Of a stretch of DNA of 48,525 nucleotides, positions 8,749 through 22,000 are shown piece after piece. The DNA is taken from the NCBI RefSeq assembly GCF_018977255.1, contig NW_024705395.1, positions 1 through 48,525 of the forward strand, given 5' to 3'. The DNA comes from Callorhinchus milii. Its lineage: Eukaryota. The position numbers were made by a program, and so were the translations under genes. Below the pieces are notes generated by a model, which was not told where the DNA came from, searched no databases, and was given only the letters and a program-made list of their open reading frames with translations. Positions within the stretch are counted from its first letter, which is position 1; every line of letters starts with the position of its first letter.

Positions 8749-10517
8749 ATGTTCGTGTTAGACACGCTTCACTCACTGGGCCATCCTGATCAGGATCTGC
8801 GCCCCAAGATAGGTGACAGCCAGCACCACAATTCCAAATCCCTGGCAGCATGTCACCATCGCAATTTAACACCATCACAACACATACAATTTGAATTATG
8901 ATCCCCCACAGAACTGATCCAATGGCGAACAGGTACGCACAATTTGTGACGATCCCGAATATTCAATGGTCACAACAATACACCTCACATCCCGTATCCG
9001 TACACATCATCTCCGAGACTCGCATTGCAGCATGCAGCTGTACCAACCGAGTGGAGAGAGCAACGAAATTTGACGGCAATTAACGGAAACGCACCCCCGA
9101 TCCATGTAGAACACAAGGGGCATTCCCACACAAAAGACATCATCTGTGCAACAACGGACAGGAACCAACCAGTGAGTTTGAAACAAACCGAACCTGTCAT
9201 TTCAAAATCCCCTTCAACATTAACCATGGGACTCAGGGCATTCGAATTTTGAGAGCAAAAAAACTAGACACAAACGTCAAGAATCGCCGAATTGATTAAT
9301 ACAGTATATGCAGTATACGAAGTTCGTACAGTCAATCATATGGAGCAATGCTCCATCCAGTCCCCACATGGCAACACACACAATCAATACTCCAGACAAT
9401 CCGTACATAGTAAATAATTACAAGCAAGTACCCAACAGTCCATACACTGTTAACAATTTCAAGCAAAGCTCCATACGGTCTGTACCTTGGCAACAATGAC
9501 GATCAAAGTTTCTGACAGTTACACGTGACAATCACGAGCGAAACTCCATACAGTATACACAATAACAATGGCGATTTCGCAATAAAACGATGTAACAACA
9601 CGAGTCATTAACACGGCAACCTACAGGATATCAACGGAGCTCGGGACACCCAACAACGAATTAATCATTAACTACACCCAGAAGATACCGATCTCGACGC
9701 CGTAATTAACAACAACACTGCTACAAGCAGACACCCGCATGGACGCCGCGTCAATTTATCACGCACACAACCGGACGAACACGCTCCGCAAACCAGCGAG
9801 TTAAAAAAACACACGCGATCGCAACCCGGCACACGCAAGATGGGTAAAGTTATTATTATTTTTCTTGGGGCCGGGTGCTTGTCATATCACGACTCGCCTG
9901 GCGACTGTGAATAGCGGAGGGCGGCAAGGTGGAGCACTGGGACGCTCCGAAGAATCTCGCATGGTGAATACGGCCTGCTCTTGCGAACCCATCCACCCTC
10001 TCGCGCTCGAGCAGAAGACGGGGGTGCCAGCCGACGTGTGGAACTCCCCCTCCACAGGCGTTGATGTCGGCGGGAGCGGCATTTCGGCAGCAGGAGCGGC
10101 GTTTTGGCGGGAACAGCGCCCCGACCAGCCGCCGAGTTGGCGGGAGCGGCGTTTTGGCGGGAACAGCGCCCCGACCAGCCGCCGAGTTGGCGGCCCCACC
10201 GCGTGGCCCCATGCCCGGGCATCCCCGCCAGCCCCCGCAGTGACGATGGTGTCTTCTCCCCACGGCTCCATCGCTCCGTTCCCGATGGCGGCGAAGCAGC
10301 GGTGCGATGCCAGTCCCGCCGCTCCGCGTGCAGCGCCATCTCTCTCTCTCTGTCACCGGGGCTGCCATCCCCGGGGCTGTCCAAAGGATGGTCGTCACAC
10401 CGTCCCCGTCGTACGAAGGCGTCCAGGTGAGTTTTGTATTTGTTTTTCGTGTGCCCATTTTACTTCCCTAGGATAACACCTAGCAATATTTATATTTCCA
10501 CAACTTCTGACACCAAA

Positions 10518-10966
10518 TGTAGTGGGTTCGAATTAGGTGCACACACACGCAGCTTGGAGGCAACACTATTTATTAAACGGTAAGTAATATAACACTGTAC
10601 ATGAGGTGGTGACCACCTTCCTCAACTCACTAACACTCTGGAACACGACACAGACTGGACCAGGTAGGCAACGGCCTGCCTGGTCCAGGACGACGACCCG
10701 GGACTTGAGGACCGATGATGTCTTCACTTCGGAGTACAACAGCCTCGATCTGCGTTCACACCACGCTTATATCTGCTCTGGCGTGGCCGGCTCCGCCCAG
10801 GCGTGGCTGGCTCAGTCCAGGCCACGCCTCCCTTCCCAGGCCACGCCTCCCTTCCCCCACCTCTGGGAAGGTCCGGGTCCCTCCACCACGTGACCCCCAG
10901 GCACCCCCTTGGGGCCCCCAGCCCTCGTACGGGCCGACACAGTAGTGACCGTTCTATGTCACTACA
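10518..10966 (-). repeat. LTR, copy 2
   Basis: Near-identical to 7052-7501, with the same PBS and PPT flanks. Confidence 0.9.
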
Positions 10967-13900
10967 TCACCCCCCCCTGTATAAACACCCAGCCGTCCCC
11001 GGCTGTAACACAACTGTGGAACATCGAAAAGGTGTGCCTCCGAACCAGCAACATCAATAAATGACCGGCGACCGATAAGAAATACAATCACGTAATATAT
11101 ACAGAATCGACGAGGGTAAAAGGAAGGGAACCGCATAGAAACGGGGAATTAACAACAAATATACATGAAAACTGGCTAACCCACTTACGCTCCAGCACAG
11201 CCCCCCCCGTGAGAATCACGCATGCACCGACATGTGAGTGTGGCCATTGGAACGACGGCGTAGGCAATGAGCAAGGAGTCTGAGAGCATGTAGAGCAGCC
11301 AGTCTTCAACGAGTCCATGTGGCCGGGCCTGGGGAACCAGAAGCGGCCCAAAGGGCACGGCCCCTCCCCCCAGGAGTCAAGAACAGGAGGAGCAGGAGTA
11401 GCTGACGCATGCTCCACTCCCCCCCCAGTCCATAGCCGGTCGGCATAACCGCCGACTCCAAGGTGCCAGGTAGATACTGCCTCCTGTGACGAGAAACAAA
11501 CCCTCCTGAGGCATCACTCAACGAACACTCGCCTCCGCTCTTCGGACATGACAGTCACCCGTTAGCACCCCCCCGCCTTTCGACGTGGCGTCTCCATCCT
11601 AAAACCGTGCACGTCGGCCATATCGGGGGGGGGGAATTTCCATGTTACCACCCCACCGCCTGTCCGACGCGGCGTCACAACAAGTAGCACGCGTCGGCCA
11701 TATCGGGGGGATTTTAACCCAGTCTCTCTCCAAGACTCGCACCGCAGCATATAGCTGTACCGACCGAGCTGAGACGACCCATCGTTCACTCACTGCACAA
11801 CATGCACCCTAACAACTGAGGGATACAGTCCCAACGTAACGGGACAACTCCACCTGAACACTACGAATCTCCAGCCCACTGTTTCAACGCGCCTCGGAGT
11901 GTCTCACTCTCCGGGCCGTCAGGTCAAGCCGTCAGCTCCGAGCCATGTGAGCGCACAGCCCACTAGGCTAGACAGCCACGGAGTGTTTCAATCTCCGGGC
12001 TGTCAGGTCAAGCCGTCAGCCATTGCATGACGGGACCACACTCTCCGAGCCATGTGAGCGCACAGCCCACTAGGCTAGACATGCCACGGAGTGTTTCAAT
12101 CTCCGGGCTGTCAGGTCAAGCCGTAAGCCCTAGCATGACGGGACCACAATGTTCGTGTTAGACACGCAACACTCACTGGGCCATCCTGGTCAGGATCTGC
12201 GCCCCAAGATAGGTGACAGCCAGCACCACAATTCCAAATCCCTGGCAGCATGTCACCATCGCAATTGAAATGCTCCATACCAATGACGGCAGAGCCACAA
12301 ACCAAGGCAGTCATCCCCCACACAATCGCAATTTAACACCATCACAACACATACAATTTGAATTATGATCCCCCACAGAACTGATCCAATGGCGAACAGG
12401 TACGCACAATTTGTGACGATCCCGAATATTCAATGGTCACAACAATACACCTCACATCCCGTATCCGTACACATCATCTCCGAGACTCGCATTGCAGCAT
12501 GCAGCTGTACCAACCGAGTGGAGAGAGCAACGCAATTTGACGGCAATTAACGGAAACGCACCCCCGATCCATGTAGAACACAAGGGGCATTCCCACACAA
12601 AAGACATCATCTGTGCAACAACGGACAGGAACCAACCAGTGAGTTTGAAACAAACCGAACCTGTCATTTCAAAATCCCCTTCAACATTAACCATGGGACT
12701 CAGGGCATTCGAATTTTGAGAGCAAAAAAACTAGACACAAACCCAAGAATCGCCGAATTGATTAATACAGTATATGCATTATACGAAGTTCGTACAGTCA
12801 ATCATTTGGAGCAATGCTCCATCCAGTCCCCACATGGCAACACACACAATCAATACTCCAGACAATCCGTACATAGTAAATAATACAAGCAAGTACCCAA
12901 CAGTCCATACACTGTTAACAATTCAAGCAAAGCTCCATACGGTCTGTACCTTGGCAACAATGACGATCAAAGTTTCTGACAGTTACACGTGACAATCACG
13001 AGCGAAACTCCATACAGTATACACAATAACAATGGCGATTTCGCAAAAAACGATGTAACAACACGAGTCATTAACACGGCAACCTACAGGATATCAACGG
13101 AGCTCGGGACACCCAACAACGAATTAATCATTAACTACACCCAGAAGATACCGATCTCGACGCCGTAATTAACAACAACACTGTTACAAGCAGACACCCG
13201 CATGGACGCCGCGTCAATTTATCACGCACACAACCGGACGAACACGCTCCGCAAACCAGCGAGTAAAAAAAACACACGCGATCGCAACCCGGCACACGCA
13301 AGATGGGTGAAGTTATTATTATTTTTCTTGGGGCCGGGTGCTTGTCATGTCACGACTCGCCTGGCAAACTGTGAATAGCGGAGGGCGGCAAGGTGGAGCA
13401 CTGGGACGCCCGAAGAATCTCGCATGGTGAATACGGCCTGCTCTTGCGAACCCATCCACCTCTCGCGCTCGAGCAGAAGACGGGGGTGCCACCGACGTGT
13501 GGAACTCCCCCTCCACAGGCGTTGATGTCGGCGGGAGCGGCATTTCGGCAGCAGGAGCGGCGTTTTGGCGGGAACAGCGCCCCGACCAGCCGCCGATTGG
13601 CGGGAGCGGCGTTTTGGCGGGAACAGCGCCCCGACCAGCCGCCGAGTTGGCGGCCCCACCGCGTGGCCCGCATGCCCGGGCATCCCCCGCCAGCCCCCGC
13701 AGTGACGATGGTGTCTTCTCCCCACGGCTCCATCGCTCCGTTCCCGATGGCGGCGAAGCAGCGGTGCGATGCCAGTCCCGCCGCTCCGCGTGCAGCGCCA
13801 TCTCTCTCTCTCTGTCACCGGGGCTGCCATCCCCGGGGCTGTCCGAAGGATGGTCGTCACACCGTCCCCGTCGTACGAAGGCGTCCAGGTGAGTTTTGTA

Positions 13901-13978
13901 TTTGTTTTCGTGTGCCCATTTTACTTCCCTAGGATAACACCTAGCAATATTTATATTTCCACAACTTCTGACACCAAA

Positions 13979-14428
13979 TGTAGTGGGTTCGAATTAGGTG
14001 CACACACACGCAGCTTGGAGGCAACACTATTTATTAAACGGTAAGTAATATAACACTGTACATGAGGTGGTGACCACCTTCCTCAACTCACTAACACTCT
14101 GGAACACGACACAGACTGGACCAGGCAGGCAACGGCCTGCCTGGTCCAGGACGACGACCCGGGACTTGAGGACCGATGATGTCTTCACTTCGGAGTACAA
14201 CAGCCTCGATCTGCGTTCACACCACGCTTATATCTGCTCTGGCGTGGCCGGCTCCGCCCAGGCGTGGCTGGCTCAGTCCAGGCCACGCCTCCCTTCCCAG
14301 GCCACGCCTCCCTTCCCCCACCTCTGGGAAGGTCCGGGTCCCTCCACCACGTGACCCCCCAGGCACCCCCTTGGGGCCCCCAGCCCTCGTACGGGCCGAC
14401 ACAGTAGTGACCGTTCTATGTCACTACA
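13979..14428 (-). repeat. LTR, copy 3
   Basis: Near-identical to 7052-7501, with the same PBS and PPT flanks. Confidence 0.9.
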
Positions 14429-17400
14429 TCACCCCCCCCTGTATAAACACCCAGCCGTCCCCGGCTGTAACACAACTGTGGAACATCGAAAAGGTGTGCC
14501 TCCGAACCAGCAACATCAATAAATGACCGGCGACCGATAAGAAATACAATCACGTAATATATACAGAATCGACGAGGGTAAAAGGAAGGGAACCGCATAG
14601 AAACGGGGAATTAACAACAAATATACATGAAAACTGGCTAACCCACTTACGCTCCAGCACAGCCCCCCCCGTGAGAATCACGCATGCACCGACATGTGAG
14701 TGTGGCCATTGGAACGACAGCGTAGGCAATGAGCAAGGAGTCTGAGAGGCATGTAGAGCAGCCAGTCTTCAACGAGTCCATGTGGCCGGGCCTGGGGAAC
14801 CAGAAGCGGCCCAAAGGGCACGGCCCCTCCCCCAGGAGTCAAGAACAGGAGGAGCAGGAGTAGCTGACGCATGCTCCACTCCCCCCCCAGTCCATAGCCG
14901 GTCGGCATAACCGCCGACTCCAAGGTGCCAGGTAGATACTGCCTCCTGTGACGAGAAACAAACCCTCCTGAGGCATCACTCAACGAACACTCGCCTCCGC
15001 TCTTCGGACATGACAGTCACCCGTTAGTACCCCCCCGCCTTTCCGACGTGGCGTCTCCATCCTAAAACCGTGCACGTCGGCCATATCGGGGGGGGAATTT
15101 CCATGTTACCACCCCACCGCCTTTCCGACGCGGCGTCACAACCAGTAGCACGCGTCGGCCATATCGGGGGGGAATTTCCATGTTACCACCCCACCGCCTG
15201 TCCGACGCGGCGTCACAACAAGTAGCACGCGTCGGCCATATCGGGGGATTTTAACCCAGTCTCTCTCCAAGACTCGCACCGCAGCATATAGCTGTACCGA
15301 CCGAGCTGAGACGACCCATCGTTCACTCACTGCACAACATGCACCCTAACAACTGAGGGATACAGTCCCAACGTAACGGGACAACTCCACCTGAACACTA
15401 CGAATCTCCAGCCCACTGTTTCAACGCGCCTCGGAGTGTCTCACTCTCCGGGCCGTCAGGTCAAGCCGTCAGCCATAGCATGACGGGACCACACTCTCCG
15501 AGCCATGTGAGCGCACAGCCCACTAGGCTAGACATGCCACGGAGTGTTTCAATCTCCGGGCTGTCAGGTCAAGCCGTCAGCACATAGCATGACGGGACCA
15601 CAATGTTCGTGTTAGACACGCAACACTCACTGGGCCATCCTGATCAGGATCTGCGCCCCAAGATAGGTGACAGCCAGCACCACAATTCCAAATCCCTGGC
15701 AGCATGTCACCATCGCAATTTAACACCATCACAACACATACAATTTGAATTATGATCCCCCACAGAACTGATCCAATGGCGAACAGGTACGCACAATTTG
15801 TGACGATCCCGAATATTCAATGGTCACAACAATACACCTCACATCCCGTATCCGTACACATCATTCCGAGACTCGCATTGCAGCATGCAGCTGTACCAAC
15901 CGAGTGGAGAGAGCAACGCAATTTGACGGCAATTAACGGAAACGCACCCCGATCATGTAGAACACAAGGGGCATTCCCGCACAAAAGACATCATCTGTGC
16001 AACAACGGACAGGAACCAACCAGTGAGTTTGAAACAAACCGAACCTGTCATTTCAAAATCCCCTTCAACATTAACCATGGGACTCAGGGCATTCGAATTT
16101 TGAGAGCAAAAAAACTAGACACAAACCCCAAGAATCGCCGAACAGTATATGCAGTATACGAAGTTCGTACAGTCAATCATATCGGGGGGGGGAATTTCCA
16201 TGTTACCACCCCACCGCCTTTCCGACGCAGCGTCACAACCAGTAGCACGCGTCGGCCATATCGGGGGGGAATTTCATGTTACCACCCCACGCCTTTCCGA
16301 CCCGGCGTCACAACCAGTAGCACGCGTCGGCCATATCGGGGGATTTTAACCCAGTCTCTCTCCAAGACTCGCACCGCAGCATATAGCTGTACCGACCGAG
16401 CTGAGACGACCCATCGGTCACTCACTGCACAACATGCACCCTAACAACTGAGGGATACAGTCCCAATGTAACGGGACAACTCCACCTGAACACTACGAAT
16501 CTCCAGCACACTGTTTCAACGCGCCTCGGAGTGTCTCATTCTCCGGGCCGACAGGTCAAGCCGTCAGCCATAGCATGACGGGACCACACTCTCTGAGCCA
16601 TGTGAGCGCACAGCCCACTAGGCTAGACAAGCCACGGAGTGTCTCGATCTCCGGGCTGTCAGGTCAAGCCGTCACACAGCATGACGGGACCACACTCTCT
16701 GAGCCATGTGAGCGCACAGCCCACTAGGCTAGACAAGCCACGAAGTGTTTCAATCTCCGGGCTGTCAGGTCAAGCCGTCAGCCATTGCATGACGGGACCA
16801 CACTCTCCGAGCCATGTGAGCGCACAGCCCACTAGGCTAGACATGCCACGGAGTGTTTCAATCTCCGGGCTGTCAGGTCAAGCCGTCAGCCATAGCATGA
16901 CGGGACCACAATGTTCGTGTTAGACACGCAACACTCACTGGGCCATCCTGGTCAGGATCTGCGCCCCAAGATAGGTGACAGCCAGCACCACAATTCCAAA
17001 TCCCTGGCAGCATGTCACCATCGCAATTTAACACCATCACAACACATACAATTTGAATTATGATCCCCCACAGAACTGATCCAATGCCGAACAGATACGC
17101 ACAATTTGTGACGATCCCGAATATTCAATGGTCACAACAATACACTTCACATCCCGTATCCGTACACATCATCTCCGAGACTCGCATTGCAGCATGCAGC
17201 TGTACCAACCGAGTGGAGAGAGCAACGCAATTTGACGGCAATTAACGGAAACGCACCCCCGATCCATGTAGAACACAAGGGGCATTCCCGCACAAAAGAC
17301 ATCATCTGTGCAACAACGGACAGGAACCAACCAGTGAGTTTGAAACAAACCGAACCTGTCATTTCAAAATCCCCTTCAACATTAACCATGGGACTCAGGG

Positions 17401-17721
17401 CATTCAAATTTTGAGAGCAAAAAAACTAGACACAAACCCAAGAATCGCCGAATTGATTAATACAGTATATGCAGTATACGAAGTTCGTACAGTCAATCAT
17501 ATGGAGCAATGCTCCATCCAGTCCCCACATGGCAACACACACAATCAATACTCCAGACAATCCGTACATTGTAAATAATTACAAGCAAGTACCCAACAGT
17601 CCATACACTGTTAACAATTTCAAGCAAAGCTCCATACGGTCTGTACCTTCTTCTTGTTTCTTTCGGTAAAGTCACGTAGAAGGGAAGTAATAAAATAATA
17701 AAAATAAAACATAATAAAACA

Positions 17722-17773
17722 ATTCTCACGACGTTTCGGCTACAACGCAAGCAGCCGTCTTCAGGTGAAGAAT
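17722..17773 (-). ncRNA. Minimal type I hammerhead ribozyme
   Basis: Mirror of 18885-18936. Confidence 0.8.
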
Positions 17774-18884
17774 GAGACACTACCAAACTAGGAGCTTATA
17801 TATAAGCTGCATTGGGGGTTGAAGAGCGCCTTAACAAAAAGAATGTGCATGTGAAGAGGAATTTAGCATATTCATGGAAAATGCGTAGGCGTTGGGCGGG
17901 GGGGTGTCAAAGTCATATTATGCCCATGCATTATGCAGGATCAGCAGCAACCAAGGGGGGTGCAGGGATTAGCAGTAACAAAGGAAAGGAATGTTAATGA
18001 TATGTAGCTGCAGTTACTCAACAACCACGTAGAAAACTAAAGTATAAACTACATAAAAAACTAAAGTATAAACTGCATCGCACCATCAGTATACTTACTA
18101 TACTCTATAATAAGCTGAGTTACTAACAGCAAGTAATACATTACAATTCTACCTCGTAAAAATTCTATAATATGCTTCCATCTAAACCTTATTCTCTTAC
18201 ATCACACGAGCATATACCGTACTATATACTGCCATAGATAAACCCAACATTAAATTATATACTGTATTGCTGTAAACCAACCTATATCTTATACATTTAA
18301 TATAACACTATGTATTATTCATACACATTAGGTTGTAGAATAATACATAGTGTTATATTAAATGTATAAGATATAGGTTGGTTTACAGCAATACAGTATA
18401 TAATTTAATGTTGGGTTTATCTATGGCAGTATATAGTACGGTATATGCTCGTGTGATGTAAGAGAATAAGGTTTAGATGGAAGCATATTATAGAATTTTT
18501 ACGAGGTAGAATTGTAATGTATTACTTGCTGTTAGTAACTCAGCTTATTATAGAGTATAGTAAGTATACTGATGGTGCGATGCAGTTTATACTTTAGTTT
18601 TTTATGTAGTTTATACTTTAGTTTTCTACGTGGTTGTTGAGTAACTGCAGCTACATATCATTAACATTCCTTTCCTTTGTTACTGCTAATCCCTGCACCC
18701 CCCTTGGTTGCTGCTGATCCTGCATAATGCATGGGCATAATATGACTTTGACACCCCCCCGCCCAACGCCTACGCATTTTCCATGAATATGCTAAATTCC
18801 TCTTCACATGCACATTCTTTTTGTTAAGGCGCTCTTCAACCCCCAATGCAGCTTATATATAAGCTCCTAGTTTGGTAGTGTCTC

Positions 18885-18936
18885 ATTCTTCACCTGAAGA
18901 CGGCTGCTTGCGTTGTAGCCGAAACGTCGTGAGAAT
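18885..18936 (+). ncRNA. Minimal type I hammerhead ribozyme
   Basis: ATTCTTCAC-CTGAAGA-C-GGCTGC ttgcgtt GTAGCC-GAAA-CGTC-GTGAGAAT, with a 6-bp helix II. Confidence 0.85.
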
Positions 18937-19043
18937 TGTTTTATTATGTTTTATTTTTATTATTTTATTACTTCCCTTCTACGTGACTTTACCGAAAGAA
19001 ACAAGAAGATGAATCCCTGCAGTCACGAAAGCTTTAAATCGAA

Positions 19044-19073
19044 NNNNNNNNNNNNNNNNNNNNNNNNNNNNNN
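19044..19073. other. Assembly gap (30 N)
   Basis: Run of N. Confidence 1.
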
Positions 19074-22000
19074 CACTTCACTTTACTTGAGTACTAGCCT
19101 CATCATGCAAAACCCACTCTTGCATCTTGTTTTTCCCGATTTGGGACTATGGATTATCATGCATGCCGCCCGTCGGTAACCACCCAAGCGCGCAGGAGGA
19201 AGCGGCCAACCCGATCTGAGTGACCCATGAGTGACCCAACGGTACGGGGCAGCGATGGTGATTCGATGAAGCAAGGAAATCGGGCGAGGTGGCGTGTTCA
19301 AGTACAGTGGTAATAATCAATTAAGCTTGGTCCATATATATCATAAAGCACAATACTTCAAGGTGTGATTCCTCAGCACTTAGGGCTGGTGGTCTAAACG
19401 GGCTAGAAGAAAATATAATCAAGTTTAGCGCTCCGTCTGAAGGGAAGGACATGACTTGGGCCATCAAGTGTATTCGTCAGCTGTTGTCCCGCCGCGGCTA
19501 TACCATAAACGTGGAATGGACGGCTACCTAGAAGGTCTAAGAGATATCGATCTCTGGGCGTGGTAGACATTCAAAGAGAGCTTGTGGCATTTTCTTCAAG
19601 GAACAACCTGTGAAGGGCTATCCAAAAAATCCATATAAAATCAATGCTGCCTGCCCGACTGCTTTCTTTTGCGTATATAGATGTTCACCTCAAAGATGCG
19701 CGTAACAAAGGAACTGCAGCTTAGATGGTTTAGGGAATCTCAAACGTTTGGGCTAGCGACGACCAAGGGCGTCAAGACAAGTTACCTATAACAGCACAAG
19801 AAGCTCCATCCGTATAGTACAGACGCCTTTCTACTAGGATCCTCATTTGCGCGGGCCACTATCCAGCAGGAACACTGGAGAACACATCGTAGTTGATACC
19901 AACGTTGCGTTCAACAGGTCTCTTTAAAGCTCTCATTAGGATTCGTATGCAGATGTAGTTGCACGCGAACACGGCAACTCAGTCGAGCCCGGTTGGCATA
20001 CGTTCCATCAGGATTCGGGAAGCTGGAGTCTCCGCCAACCGAGTTTAGATCCGTTGCACTCCGACGTACAAAACGTTGCTACTCGGTCTGATGAAGCGGG
20101 GAGGTAGGAAGAAATACGCGCAATTTCTAGTCGGAACCACCTAAAGACATCGAGCCCCTTTAAGAAGTCCGCATGAAGGACTCGCTCCTACTATAGAAGG
20201 GGGGCAAGTCACTCTCCTCGGGAGATATGTAAATCATCGTAGGGTTAGCCCTATCAATGTCAGAGGATCAACATACACGGACAACTCTTGCAGACTCGGG
20301 GACACTGTATTAGACATAGATTCCTGATTGGTGGACTATGGCGTGACATGTATATGCGGATTAGACTTCAACCGATGGCTACCTCCGATTGCCACAGTTA
20401 CATGGCGATCGATGCTTTCGTCGATTGGCTACGCACGGCGAGTGTCGGTCCCGACGCGAGGTGGAAACGAACAAGTCAAAGTATAGTCCCGAAAGTGGGT
20501 CTAACCTGACATTCCAGGCTGAAGAGGCGTCGTCACTGTATACGTTAGGTCGCCATCTGGGCAGGCCTTAATTCTTAATACTGACGCTCGTCTCACTACA
20601 CGATAGTTGACTAGGTTTAGCTAATCTCTGGGCCTGAGGGGTCGGGGTCCAGACCCACAGACTAGTTTAGGGGTTAAATCCGTGCATCGCGTGGTAATTC
20701 CCCTCGTCTGTGTGAGTTTAGACCCTATTATTCTACGCAATAAACGAGGTTGAACGTGGCTCAACATCCTTCAGCGACTTCTAGGCAGCTGCGCGGTGTT
20801 TGCAGTCGATGTGAAAACGGTGGATGACATTAAACGACAAACGTATATCATCCTCTAGATTGAGCCAGTGTACTGGTTGACGTCCAGAGAAAGCCATTTT
20901 TCGCGTAGCCTTGGAGCTAGATACATCAAGGAGTACTGGCTAGGGATGGCGGAGTAGGGGGCACCCTTTGAGGTTTGGGCTATCACGCACCCTTGGCGTG
21001 TTATTCCAGTTAGCATAAAGTGCACTTACTCGGTAGGCGAACCTGCTAACATTGTGTTTCTGAATGATACGCTGTCCGTATGCGGGTGTACCCGATGACG
21101 ACGTATTCACCGGCGCCAAGCTCATTTTCTCTGAGTACAGAGTTGGGTACTCTGATGAATTATTTTAAGCGGGTCAAGGCTCTTTACTCAATCCTACCCA
21201 CTCAGAGGAGGGTTCAGGTATTGTCAGACGTAAAAATTGGCAGGTCCATAAGCCAGAGCATTGTTGATGGCGAGGTATTGCTCTAATCGTAATGATGTAT
21301 CTCGTCGACAGACCTACGTGCCGTGCCGATCCCTTGTCCCTATTTTCTGGTACAACTCTCCGTATATGCGTTATGCGATAGACGTCGACATATGCTTTAA
21401 TTCATGGGGGGCGTGCTGTGCCAAGAGATTTTGTTAGCCAGTATAACACGAGTGACTGTTGACAGAGAGAATAGCGGTGTGGCGAGGGGATATCGGGGTC
21501 GGCATGCACGTTGCCCACCGCTTAGTCCAGTACGCGGATTCAGCTGAGTGATTGTTCCAGTCGTGGGTGTTCAGGCATAAAAGCATAAAACACATCTGCG
21601 ACTAGGCCCAATGTATCTCGATGCGATGGTCATAAAGAATCATTAGTATCTAGACATTTCGTTCGATATTACATTGCCATTTTTTATTGACGATGGTGAG
21701 TCTCTTTGGTAGACACGCTACGGGCTGGTCCCTCACAGCCAGTAGACACTAGGGTAAGCAATGCGAATTTCACGTGCCCGATAAGCGAGACGCGGATCAA
21801 TGTTTTCTATGTGGACGATTAGCACTTTTTTGCTTTGGCACTGACGCAGCAAATGGGATACGTTAGGTTTGTACTAAGAGCCTTCGGCGCAGACCGGACA
21901 CAGGGGGACAGATATCAAACTGGAATAAATCGGCCAAAAGTATTTAAAGTACGCTTATTGATAACTGATCCGTATCGTGCACACTGCACTGTTTATATTT

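Larger units (their letters stand above)
6127..17648 (-). mobile_element. Head-to-tail array of a ~3.46-kb non-autonomous Gypsy-type LTR element with shared LTRs
   Basis: LTR edge TGTAGTGGGTTCG at 6127, 7052, 10518 and 13979 (period 3466/3461). Each full LTR has a PBS on one side and a PPT on the other. There is no pol, only a gag-like leader (MGTRKTN...). Confidence 0.9.
17649..19009. repeat. 1361-bp palindrome (672-bp arms, 17-nt spacer 18321-18337) containing two PLE pLTRs
   Basis: Mirrored identical ORFs 17812..17997(+)/18661..18846(-). Centre TGTATTATTC-ATACACATTAGGTTGTA-GAATAATACA. Confidence 0.95.
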
